From contig CM007990.1 of the NCBI GenBank assembly GCA_002189035.1, positions 1,612,001 through 1,676,000 of the forward strand: DNA of 64,000 bases, written 5' to 3'. The number at the start of each line of letters is the position of its first letter. Within the stretch, counting starts at the first letter, position 1. A model generated the notes under the pieces. It did not search any database and was not told the origin of the DNA. It saw only the letters and a program-made list of their open reading frames with translations. Shown here piece after piece: positions 37,301-50,159 of the stretch. Both the position numbers and the translations under genes were made by a program. The DNA comes from Utricularia gibba. Taxonomy: Eukaryota; Plantae; Magnoliophyta.

Positions 37301-39906
37301 TTCTTGATGTCAATCATTCCTGGAATGTATCTCGTCTGCTAGGTTGCACTAGTAGCTTTGGCAACAAATTCATCATCTCACAAGGATCTCCTCGCAACTG
37401 TCAAAAAATGGCCCCCTACAATTTATTCTGCTTTACCTGTGATCTCTGCCATAGAACCTCAGCTGAGTTCCTCGTCAGCAACTGATGCTTTAAAAGAGGT
37501 CTTTTTACTGGGATACCTTTTATTTCCATCAACTAATTCGGGTGCCTTACTCATCATCCATTTCTCTTTTAGGCGTTGGCAGAGCTATATGTAATTAATG
37601 GTCAGTATGAGAAAGCATTTAGCTTTTATGCTGATGTAAGCCACCAGTAATCCTTGACCATGTGATTGTAATCATATTTGCATTCATTAGTACCCATAGT
37701 TTTCTTCTTGGTACTTCTACTGTATTTATTTTTGCTTCCTTCATTTCAGCTCATGCAGCCAGATATATTTGACTTCATTGAAAAGCACAATTTACATGAA
37801 GGAATTCGCGGAAAGGTATTATAATAGCATACTCTATGGATAAATTTTGAATGTTCTATAAAGAATGAAGTGACTTAATGTTTTTTAGAATTAATATTAC
37901 TGAGCCAAAGCGATATAAAAAATCTTACTCTGGTTATTGAATGGAAGAAAAGTATTATAGGGGATAGATCATGTTATAGATATTTTAATAAGTTAATGTG
38001 AAAACATGTGATTGAAAAGTTTGGTTTGGTTTTGCAGGTTGCACAGCTTATGATCACTGATTCCAAACGTGCAGTTTCATTGTTTATCCAGCACAGAGAC
38101 ATTGTAAAACCATCAGATGTTTTCTCTCAGCTTTTGGCTGCAAAGAAAAATTGTGACTACAGATACTTTTTTCACCTGTATCTGCATTCACTATTTGAGT
38201 CAAATCCTCATGCAGGAAGAGAATTTCATGATATGCAGGTTGGTAGTTATGTTCAGTCATTGGCCCATTTTTATCATAAAGTATCTTCAAATCACAACTT
38301 GAATAAACATTAACTGAAGTACCAAAGCACATTGCCATACCACCTTGCTACACCCGAATTCAATTTCAAAATTGCATTGTCTTCATCACTGGAAATTGAA
38401 GAGAAGTTGGTGTCTAATAATACTTGCCCTAAAATCGTACTTAAGATTTTACTTATCTGAAACTGTGATAACAGGTAGAGCTGTATGCTGATTATGATTC
38501 AAAAATGCTGCTGCCGTTCCTTCGGAGTAGTCAGCACTATACACTAGAGAAGGTTTAACCATCACATGCTGATGACTTGTTTTTTTTAACTTCTGTCGCT
38601 TTTGTGGCCTTTAACTATTTTGTATTTGGTCTCAGGCTCTCGAAATTTGTCTAACACATGATCTACTGAGAGAGCAAGTATTTATCCTTGGAAGAATGGG
38701 AAACTCAAAACAAGCCTTGGATGTGATAATAAACAAATTGGGAGACATTAAAGAGGTTCCCATCCATATGCTTTAGTTATTTCCGGCATGTTCATATTTT
38801 TACTCGGCTCAAATATATCTTGGTTCTTAATGATGCCTTGTGTCAGTTAGTTAGTTTTTTTGTTTTTTTGAATTTACCGATGGATTTTTTCAGGCTATGG
38901 AATTTGTTAGAATGCAACATGATGATGAACTCTGGGATGAATTAATTAGGAAAAGTTTAAACAAACCCGACATGGTAACTCCTTTTGGTTGATAATGTAA
39001 ATAAACTGCACTTTCTTTTTAGGCAATTTTATAGTTATTCCTGAATCTCCTTGAATCAGGTAGGGGTACTTTTGGAGCATACGGTTGGCAATCTTGATCC
39101 TCTGTACATAGTTAGCATGGTACCCAATGGCCTGGAGATACCCATGTAAGAATTCCATGTGTGTTGAAGGCTTTTCATCATCAACTCTTGAAATTCATAT
39201 TGCTGCTGTCAGCTGCTTTAGTTCGTGACTTGCAACAATTGATGTAAGTATGTTGTTATTGATGCTATTTATTTGCTCTTCAGGTTGCGAGATCGTTTGG
39301 TTAAAATAATCACAGACTATCGTACAGAAACTTCTCTACGGCATATGTGCAATGATATACTTAAGGTAATGATATCATTGCTCTACCTCTCTTCTCCGGG
39401 TGACCAATTCTTCTAGTTGTTTTATTTGAAGAAAATGGTGGCTTCATCGATCAACGTGTGCAATTTTGCAGACAGATTGTGTTAACCTGCTAATCAAATT
39501 ATACAAAGAAGCGAGACGCGCTATTTACATGAGCAATGAGGAAGCTGAGCTCCGCATCAAGAAAAGGAATAAAGATGAGCTTCCCCTTCTATCTTCTGAT
39601 GTAACAACCAGAAGCATGGAAATCAAATCGAAGAGCAGAGGTGGGACGAGATGCTGCATCTGTTTTGATCCATTTGCCATACATGATGTTTCCGTGTATG
39701 TTTTCTTCTGCTGCCATGCATACCATGAGACATGTCTCATGGACTCCATTGTTTCCATGGCTGCAAGCAAAAAGAAGCCTCAAGTCCCTCCCCGGAATGA
39801 CTCGTTGTATTACGAGTACGATGGCAGAGATGATGAGGATGATGATGCTGGTGACGATGATGATACCCGGGTACGCTGTATCTTATGCACTACTGCTGTT
39901 GGTTGA
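34359..39906 (+). CDS. VPS41: Vacuolar protein sorting 41 (HOPS subunit), 19 exons, intact
   Basis: Acidic N-terminus then EPRLKYQRMGGS. WD-like region (exons 34359-34616, 35046-35315, 35391-35570, 35680-35940 and on) and a clathrin-repeat-like region. The last exon, 39472-39906, carries RING-H2 CCICFD...CCHAYHETC...CILC. Confidence 0.97.
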
Positions 39907-42199
39907 ACTGGCTGTGCGCTTCTATATATATTACTGTTTGCATTAGTTTTGTCGCCCCATGTTTGAAAGAGGCGATCGTCAACTGTTGTACAGTTCGAGA
40001 TGAGCTCATGCCTGTGTAGTGATATTTCCTTCTTCTGTTTGTTGCTTTGATTGAGGGAAGAATGTAAAGGAAGCGGTTTCTCATCACTAACGGCCTCGGC
40101 AAGAAACCCAATTTTTGGAAAAACACAAAGACACGTTCTGAGAATCCATCCTTTAGATATGAAAGCAAGCCATCTCGCTTACTTCAAAAGAGAGTCCATC
40201 AGAACCTGCTCTAAAAATTATACTAAGCTGTGTTCTAATGTAATTCAAAAAAAATTATGGTCAAAATCAGAATATTTCATTTTTATTAATATTTTATTTT
40301 TAATAATGGAATATCATTATAAAATTTGAAACAAAATAAATCCTATATAATTTTTTAAAGTATTAATGAATTAATTATCCATTAACATTAGATTAATTCT
40401 CCAAAACCTATGAATGTTTCCATGCCCATTAGCAGCTCATAAATTGCATTTTTTAAGTAGTTGTATTGATGAACATTCAATACCTAAAATGCTTGTCATT
40501 TCTTCAATTCTAAATGGCCAAAGAATTCTATTGCTACATGATCTTAGGTTCTTTAACATACCACATCAATAGCATTTTGTGTTCGATGCATCAATAAATG
40601 ATGATAGAAAATTGCTTAAGATTTTTTGGGTGTTTGAGAAGTATATGAGATCTTGAGCAGTCTTTTTACTCAAAGTATCAAAGCATGCAACAAGAGTATG
40701 AAGAACAACTATTGAATTATTTTTTATCCATGTACAAAAACATGCATTGATCCACTAACCCTTGCCCTTATATGGCACAATTCATTGTTCTTCAACATGA
40801 AATTTGCTTCAATTGGAGAATAGATTCAAATAAAATTGGTCTATCATTCTTTAAATCCCTTCTTCACCTCTTTCACTATCATCACACCCTTCATCCTCTT
40901 GAACACATAATGATTAGTAACTCAAATCCTAAAATGCGTATTCACTATGTTCAAATACAATTTTACATATAAAATAAATTTATAAACCTAATCACAATCA
41001 ATCATAAATAAATATGAGCATAGTGAAATTAGAATCGAACACAATAAGCACAATGTTTATTGTGTGAATGTCAGTGCATTCTGTTTTTGTCACAATAGTA
41101 AATTAAATCTAAGGTAGGACTAATACAATTCTATGATAAAATACAATAAAAGAATAAATGAGTTAATTGGATTTATGTTTTAAAAAGAACAATATTATGC
41201 TTTGACACTTCCAAAAACAATATACTCATCACTATCCTTATTTCATTCTAATAAAAAATTATTCATCTAACCAAAAGAAGTTCAAATCTATCTAAACTCT
41301 TATTTCTTCCAAATTTTTAATTTACCTCAAATTAAGGTTAACTTATAATAAACATACCACTAGTTCCCTTTTTGAATTTATCCTAGTTTGTTAATAAATT
41401 AGGATGATTATATGGTAAATATAGTTTAATAACTAATGAGCATGTTTGTCTTCTTTGGTCTCAAGGCATCAAGTAGCTACTTATATTAAGAAAAGATAAA
41501 ACAAGTTCATAATATAATATCACAAGTATGTTCATGTCGCAGTTTTACAATAAGAAGATAAATAATATTGATAAATTAAAATCCAAAATGTTAAAATATT
41601 TGTGATCTACTTTTGGCTGAGAGTAATATTCTTGATAATGAAAAATTTTTTCCAGCTTGGTTCTTGGTTTTGTCTACCCTTCCTTTGTGACTATTCGGTG
41701 ATTTTTTTTTTCTTTCAGAACCCCCTTCTCTTGATCTCCCTTGCATCTTTTTCAAAGTCTAGATATTTTTAACTCTTCCACTTCTTGTCCAAAAATCTCA
41801 TTTCTTATCTCTTTGGATTTAGTACGTCTCTTTTCTTTCTATTGTCCCCACTTTCCTATCTCTTAGTTGTATATTTTCGACTCCTCAAGATTTGAATTGC
41901 TGAGAATGTGCTGCATTGCTCTAAAGAAAATAACTAAATCAAATATTGGGGTTAAATTCAAGATTTAGTCTCAATCTAAAGTAAAATATGTAGAACATCA
42001 TTGCTAATCACAAAAACATCAAACACTTAACAAAATCTTAATTTTACACAGTAATAATAGTCATTTTTCTAACTTAAAATTACTAAAAATCATATGTTAT
42101 CATATTATGCTACAATGAGACTAATCTTGTCCTTAAGTTCCAACTCAGTCACATCATTTTGATATCAGAGAATCGACACTAAACAAGAGAATTTTAAAA

Positions 42200-44200
42200 T
42201 GATGTAATATTGACAAATGAATGAGAAAGGATAGGTGATTGAAATATTTTTCACCTATAATCTTTATCATATGCGAAAGTCCACTTTTTTGGAGTCATTC
42301 TAGCAAGATATTCATACGCTTCCCCATTTTGATCTTTAATCTTACTCATGAAGGCCTTGAACTTCGATTTTCGTAATAATGCTGCTGCCCAAAATAAGTA
42401 ACGTAGGGAGTTTGATCTATACTTACATTAGAAGTTCAAACATAAATGTTACACACAATAGCGATGAGCATCCTCCGCTTCATTAAATGCCAAAATATAT
42501 TTAACTACAAAACGCAAGTCACTATGTCGATTTGATACAAGACAAGTTTTACACATCTATGTCATACATATCGAATTACATGTTTAAAAAACTAAAGCCA
42601 TGAGTCATGGGACTACTCCTTGATAATAGCAAATGTCAATGGAATTATCACATTATCACCATCTTTTGAGCAAACGACAAGGAGCTTGTGTCGATATCTC
42701 ATGTATAAATGTGTGGCATCAACGCTAGTAATAGGACAACAATGTTCAAAAGCAGTTATACAAGGTCCAAATGTAAAAAAAACATAATGCAACATGTGCT
42801 TACCATCATCACAATCGTAATATTGATATTTCGCAATAGTACCTATAAGTTAAAAACAGAAGGTATCAAATCATTTATGTAATTTTTTTTAATAGAATTA
42901 AAAACATGTTATACATACGAATGTTTTACCTGAATTTGCTTTCTTGATCTCTGCTAGATATAATGGTAATTGGGGAATTGATGTTTTTCATGTATCATAT
43001 AACTTCTTTGTAGCATGTCTAATAGCAAGCCAAGTTTTCTTATATGTAACTTCAAAGTGAAATTCACATTCTATCATCGACAGCACGTCAGCCATCGGGG
43101 TACCATGATCTTTTCTGATTTGGTCCATGATAACTTGTGAAATGAAGTGTGATCTCAAGTTTTGATGATCTGTGGATCTTGTATTACTAGAAAGCAAATG
43201 TAAAGACCTTCATACATGCTAACTATCCAAAATTGTGTGACCTTGCTGTGTATCCTCCTAACTCCTCACATGCATTTCACATCAGTATTTCTTAGACAAC
43301 CACGAACTTCATATCCAAATTACTACTCTTATAGACATGAAAGGGATGCTTCATGATATGAACTATATAAAAAGATAAAGTTTCTTTCATTTGATCCTTA
43401 TTCTTGAAATATGCTCCTTTGTGGGGTTCACCAACACGACCATTAAAATAATTCCATCTAATAGATTTCATAAAAGAATCAATGATAAATGGTGGATCTT
43501 TAAATATATCTGCTTCACACTCAATTTCATTATCACAATCACATGCTTCGTCAATATCCCATAAAATGTCATATTCACTAAGTGAATTTGACCCCTCACA
43601 TTCACTTATGTGAACATAAGATTTTAAATCGAGATCATTATAACTTATATATTGATTAAATACTACACTATTGTCATCAACAGATAAACCCTCAATCTCT
43701 CATAAACAAAATTATATTAAAGTACAAAAATCAACAAAATATATCATATGTTAAAATAAAATAAATTTCAAAAATATAACATGATTTGTATTATAGTCTC
43801 TATTATTTCTATGTTCATTTGGATCGATACCATCACCTTCAGTGGATACATCGTCCATCCCAACTTTTCAACACAGAAAAGCAAATGTTTTATATCAATG
43901 GTTTCAATTTTGAAAGCATAAAATCATAATAAGAGTATAATTAGTACATGAGTCTTCCATATTTAAGCCCATCAATAAGCTGGTGAATGATGGTTTAGGA
44001 ATGATATAAAAATCAATATTCTTCAACAAACAATTTTGTTGAAAAAATGATGTTAAATAACTATCATTGAATACTAATGGATGGTAAAACCATTTCATTC
44101 CACCACTTTCATCCAAGGCAATATAATTCACATAAACATTGATACAACTAATAACAATTGGTAATTTCATAAATGAACAAATAGTGGAGCAAAGACACAA
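42200..44200 (-). mobile_element. Degenerate MuDR/Mutator-like transposase
   Basis: VFFTFGPCITAFEHCCPITSVDATHLYMRYRHKLLV...PLTFAI (MULE domain), HRYCV*HLCLNF, KWTFAYDKDY and EVTYKKTWLA, with many stops. Confidence 0.8.
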
Positions 44201-45017
44201 AGCTCTATATTACACATTTAGAACGTGTATCACATTTAGAATGTGTATCACAATATACTATTTCATTTGAAATAATAATCCCCCCCTCCACGAAAACATC
44301 CTTGGGGTGACTATTATAGCATCCATCTAAACTGAAGTAATAAAAACAAATAGATTTCAAAACCTTCAAATCATGTCCATTTTAGGCAGTTACGTAAACA
44401 AAATCTGAGATAGTAAAAAAAGAGATTCAACAAACATGATTTAGAGATTCAATGACCCAACATTTGTGAAAATAAAAAGATGGATTTTTATTGTCGAAAG
44501 ATGTGAAGAAAACAAGGAGAGGAAGTGAAAGAGAAGAAGTTGGCAAGGTGAAGGAAGTGCGGTGGGAGGGATTGCGTAGGATAAGAAAAAATAAAACAGA
44601 AAAAATGTGTGAAAGAAAATAATAAAATAATGAGTACGAGAAGTTTGATAAAAATATAAAAATATGAATTATTATGAGAGATATTTATAAATTTGGGATA
44701 TAAAACGATTTACTAAAAAATATTATTTTCACTAAAAAAACAAAAGTAGTTAAGAATGATAATGAGTTTCCCAGCAATTTTTCATTTCATCAAGTGGACC
44801 TGAATTGTCTCTTCATACTCCAACATAATTATCAATAATTCTGGACATGATAAATATTAGACATCAAACATATCCAACTAAACAGACAATGTAAACTGAT
44901 AGATTTGTATATCAAGACAAATAGTTGGCACGCTTGGAATCATGACCGGGTCTTTGTTCTTTTAAATGGTCAACTTATCCTTAATCAAGACTAGAAACGT
45001 GTGACGCCTCATTGTAT

Positions 45018-47204
45018 TTACATTATCACGCCCCCATAATATTCCTCGAGCCATCTTCCAATGATGTTGGCCTCTGCCTCCCTTTGCATCACCAGCCAAT
45101 TCGGATCATCTGGAGAGGGTGGAACTAGATCCAGGCAATGCGACCCTGCAAGGTCATTCAAGTAATTTCACTCTCGTGCAAAGATAGTCTGGACATGCAT
45201 CTCTTGCAGCTGCACTTGTAAGAATGAGATTGCAGTCTCACCTTCTTCCGTTGTAAGAGCGATTATGGTCTCGGATATGTCACTGAGTACCCTGATGCAA
45301 GAAAAGGAATGTATGTGATTGATATGCATTTTCCGACAAAAAAAGGAGTAGTGAATTTGCATACCCTCCGGTGCTATACGGATCTCTCATTCCATTGGAG
45401 AAGATTATGTTGCTCCCGAATCTCTTCAGTGCCTTTCTGATATCCTGCAAGTTACAAAATGGGATGAAACGTCATCATTCATGAATTTGTGATGGAGAGG
45501 TGGAGCGAGTTTACAGATCCTCCGTAGTGTGTTGTGATCCAGTGGGGGCGAGGCGCCACTCCGTAGACATGAATGCAGTCTCTGATGGTTTGGTTCATAT
45601 CGAAGGGTGGAGATGCGAACATCGTGTTGTTTCCATTTCCAATCGGCATCACCATTTCACTGCAAAACTGTACCCACAAAGCAATCACCTCTTTCTTCCC
45701 CCCTGCAGTAAAATGTCGTGGAGATGGGAGCTTACTTGCCAAGACCAACCCGAGGCGCTTTCTCCAGAGCTTCCGCCGGACGTATCCAGGCAGCTGGAGA
45801 GCACTCCATAGGCTTTGAGTCCGGCCACCACCCTATCGACGAAACTCCCGGGCGCCGGTGCGCCATCGACGGCTTCGCATATTTCCTTTACGGAGAGATT
45901 GGGCGGCTCGTCGTACTGCGCGGCGTCCAGAAAGTAACCTTCCAACACCTCTTTCAGCTCTTTCGCGCTACCCAGCAAACTGAACAGCCGCCAAAAGGAG
46001 CAGCTCAGAGTTCACCAAGGCAAGCAAGTGGGCAGCAGCAGTTGAAGGAATTGGAAATAGCGGAATGCATGAATTGTATTACGTGCATGTGTTGAACTTT
46101 TGGCTGAGAAGTTCAAGGCCACCGGGCATCGATGCAATTCGATCGATTTCGCCCCAGGATTCCTTTATACTGCCGTAGCAGCTTGCACTTGCATCCTGAA
46201 TAGTAATTGTAGCAACAAATACAAGTATACAAAGAGTATAAAAAATGCATATCATTTTGAAAAAAACCTTGAAATTCTTAGAGGCAACGTTATAGTATGC
46301 ATCCTGAGGCGTAAGATCGTCAAAGTAAAGAATGGGGGCTGAGGAGGCGAGAGCCCCCAAAGCAATGTGAGGGTACTTCAGCCTAAACCATGAAGCCAAC
46401 ACTGAAATAGAATAAAGTGAGTATTTTTTTATTAATAAAATGAAATAAATAAGAATGTATTCTTTGAATATTCTGAAAATACTGACTTCCTCCATAGGAT
46501 CCGCCAACAACAATAACGGGAGATTTCTCCGCAGAAAGATCGCGCTTTACATGCAACAAAATCTCTGCGTAATCGGCCAAAGCTTGAGCTGAACCGAAAT
46601 ACCCGCGAGCGGTTCTGCTGTCGAGGGAAATCGTCGTGTTTTCGAACGGATTCGACTCTCCGTAGAACCGGTGCTGAATCGAAAAAAAAAAAGTAAAGGA
46701 TTAAGTTGATAAAAAACCAGTTGGAAATAGGTTGAATGGGAGTTCTCTGATTATCATAAGGGTGTGTTTAGGTCCAATATATCTCGTGTTTTGACATAAG
46801 GAACCAAAATGTGTTACCTCCATGAACACCATGAGGGCCTTGTAACGGTTCGCCATTGGAACGAGAGCGTCGGCGAGGTACAGCTGTGAATCGAGGGAGT
46901 CCTCGGCCCCGAGGAAAGCGAGGATCGGGGAGCTGGGGCCGCCCCAGAAAGAGGACATCACGGCGTACCTCTGTGAGAACACTGCATAACTTTTCGGCGC
47001 GAAGTTGAAGTGGTCGATGGTTTGCTGGTAATAATGCGCGGTGAAGTTGTTGACAACTGAAATGGAGGAAACCCTATTAGGGCTTTTAAGGTGGCGCTCC
47101 TTGCCATGGAAGACAGCGATTTTTGTGATCTTTGCAGGGAGTGCAGATGAATGATGAACAAGAAGAAGCAGTACAAGGAGAAGATTCGATAAAGGGAGCG
47201 CCAT
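45018..47204 (-). CDS. Lysosomal Pro-X carboxypeptidase-like (peptidase S28), copy 1, 9 exons, intact
   Basis: Exons 47204-46818, 46673-46487, 46401-46268, 46195-46083, 45979-45736, 45667-45515, 45444-45365, 45291-45242, 45145-45018. Signal peptide; motifs QTIDHF, EHRFYGES, GGSYGG (Ser), NGMRDPY (Asp), GSHCLDL (His). Confidence 0.95.
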
Positions 47205-47244
47205 TTTTGAGGAAGAAGAGTTCTTGAGGATTGGTGAAGCGATG

Positions 47245-47499
47245 ATTCTGAGACTTTATGGGAAGAAAATTAGGGATTAATGAAGGAATAATTATAGAAT
47301 TTAGAGTCCTCATTGGAAGAAAATTAGGCATTAGTAGTAAATGGAAATTATAGAATCTGAGTCTTCATCGGGAGAAGATTAGAGTCATAGAATTTGAGTC
47401 CTTCGTGGAAGAAAATTAGGGATTAATTACCGAATAATTATAGAATCTGAGTAGTCATTGGAAGAAAATTAGGGATTAGTGAACAGATAATTATTGAGG
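47245..47499. repeat. Imperfect tandem repeat, about 54-bp unit, about 5 copies
   Basis: Units begin GG(A/G)AGAA(A/G)ATTAG at 47261, 47315, 47370 (37-bp short unit), 47407 and 47460, and share ATAGAAT(C/T)TGAGT-like cores. Confidence 0.85.
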
Positions 47500-50159
47500 T
47501 GGATGTAGATCCACATTTATAGAACGCATTCTTTGTTTTGAAGACTACAAAACAAAAACGATATAGAACGCATTCCTTGTTTTGACATAATGACTGCACC
47601 AACGAATGAAGATGCTAAAATGGTTTATTTTTTATAAATTCATTTACTATTTTTGGGAATAAGTTAGAATAATAATATAAAAGTCAGTGTGGATCACTCT
47701 ATCTCGTTCTCAAAGAGAGAGAATGGATTAATAACGATGAAGAAAAATTTTAAAAGAAAAAAAAAGTATTTATTGTTCTGATAGCACTCACATTCTTATA
47801 GTCATAGAAGGAAAAATAATTCAAAAAAGCCGTATGGAACATCATATTAATAATAATAACAATAATAATAAATATATGAAAATCTTCGAACCCGAGCTCG
47901 CCTAGATTTTCGTAAACATACTACAATATAAAATAAAAATGGTAGAAAGGAGGGTAGTCGAAAAATAATCATATTGACATTCTTTTTCACGTACTAAAAT
48001 CAAAATTTTATATATAGAATAATTATTTTTCACACATAGTATGATTACTTTTCAGATTTATCCTCGAAAAAAGGAAAAAGCCGTAACTCGAGGTTGATTT
48101 GTAGGGTGTTTTATTGGTGTATCATTTCTCTTCGATTGATTCAGTTGATGTCCGTCTGGAATCAGAAGGCTTATCTTGAAGGCAAGAAGCTGATACTTTT
48201 GTTGTCTCTAAACATTAATGAGCTCCAAATGCAACTGCTGAAACAGAAAGACGAGTTCCAAAGGCACTCTACTGCACTGTGTCAACGCCTCTCGTTCACT
48301 CTAGGTTTTGAACATTGAGTTATTTTGATGATTAAAGAATGGAAAATAGATGACGAGCTATAAGTATTTTGTATGGTTATTGACATATTTTGTACTTTAT
48401 TACAATAAGTATTTTTTGTATGGTTCACTTTACAAATTTATTTGATAATGTGGATTTTTCATAAACAAAAATTTCATGTTGTTGTAAAAATTAGAAATTT
48501 TCGTAACAAACCGAATTTATAAAATCTTAATCTTTATGAATTATAAATTAAACAAAAAATATATAACGGAGTTCTAATTAAAATTGATAGTGAGTAGATA
48601 ATAAAATAAAAAAATGTGAAAAACAATACAGTAAACACTAAACCTTAATTTTTAAAAAATTAAAATGGAGGTGTCTCAAGAATTTCAAAAACATGTGCTC
48701 CCTTGAACTTTGATCTTAAAACTTAAAAATCTCAATTAACGTGAGATGACGTACATCTATCCGAATTAATCTCTATGATTTTTTTATTTTCAATTTTTCT
48801 AATCTTTCTAGACCACCTCATACTTAGATTTATCATTTTATAAATAATATTATATCTATCTGATCTTATTTGTATAACCTAATAAAATTAGCTTTGAAAA
48901 TACATCATACCTCTTTAATCTATTTCTAAAGTTGGTTTTCCTACATTAGGTGTATTACCCCTTTTTTCCTCTTGGTTTTACCCGATTTTTTAGGAAAAAG
49001 TCATAAAAATATTTACAAGTTTTCAAATTCTAAGGAAAGATTATATTTATCCAACTTTTTCCCTAAAACACACTACAAAATATATAGCCATTCTTGCTGA
49101 AATAAAGGTAAAAGCATGTTCATAATCATAGTCATAATCGTAAAATGACATGCTGAAAATAAAATGTAGTCCCACAAATGAAAGTAATTTGAGTTCTAGT
49201 TCTGCGATATTGTTCCTAGCTAGGAGCAATATTGCTTGATAGTAGTTTCCTAAGTCTTCGTCTAGGTAATTAAGAATCTAGTGAGTTAGACAAGCACGAG
49301 CATGAAATCTTCACACACAACAAATGTAGATTATATTAAAAAATATATGAAATTTAATCGATTATCAGTTATATACAAGTTATTAAATATTGATCATATA
49401 ATTTCAATCTTCTAATGTAGAGTTGATTACTTTAATTGTCTGATGTCGCCTCATGTTAGAATTCTTTAAAAAGTAATGTATCTTCCTTTTGCCTTTTCAT
49501 TTCCCCAAAATATTTTCAATTTTCTACATTATACTATTCCTAAATTGAACCTACACACTATGAACCGTGAAGATATCTATCATATTTATTCCAGGTATGT
49601 CATGTCCCATCGATTTTTCGCATATAAATTAGATTTGATTTGTTTCATAATATTGATGATAATACTTAAAAAATATTAGAAAGCATAATATATGCTAAAC
49701 TATTGATTTATTCCACATTTATATATAAAATACAAATAAAACGAAATTATCAAAATATTAGAAATCATAAATAGTATATTTAATTTGAATACATATTAAT
49801 TTTACAATATAAAAATATTAACAAAATATATGTTATTCATTTCATAAAAAAATTTATACTTATCAAATTGACATCATTGTGAGAGATCAAATGAATTTTA
49901 GAATCCTCGAATCCAAGAAGATAATTAACAGTCTGCCCCAAGAAGTGATGTAATAATACCTTTGGCAAATCGATCCTACACGAAAGGTTATGGACTCGGA
50001 AGAGTAAGTGCCTTTCTAAAATGTTTTTCGATTTATTTGTGACTCCCACAAATTGTTTCATATTTGTATCACAACATAACATAACCATTGTAGTTAAGTT
50101 GTAGCCGTACGGATGTCCGATCAGTTATTGTCCATGAAGCGTATCCCTTGGTGTTGGTT

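Noticed and set aside
44213-44248. 18-bp tandem duplication CACATTTAGAA(C/T)GTGTAT x2
   Set aside because: An ordinary slippage event at the edge of a TE remnant.
47245-47499. CRISPR-like repeat array
   Set aside because: This is eukaryotic DNA, the units are degenerate tandem copies without unique spacers, and there are no cas genes.
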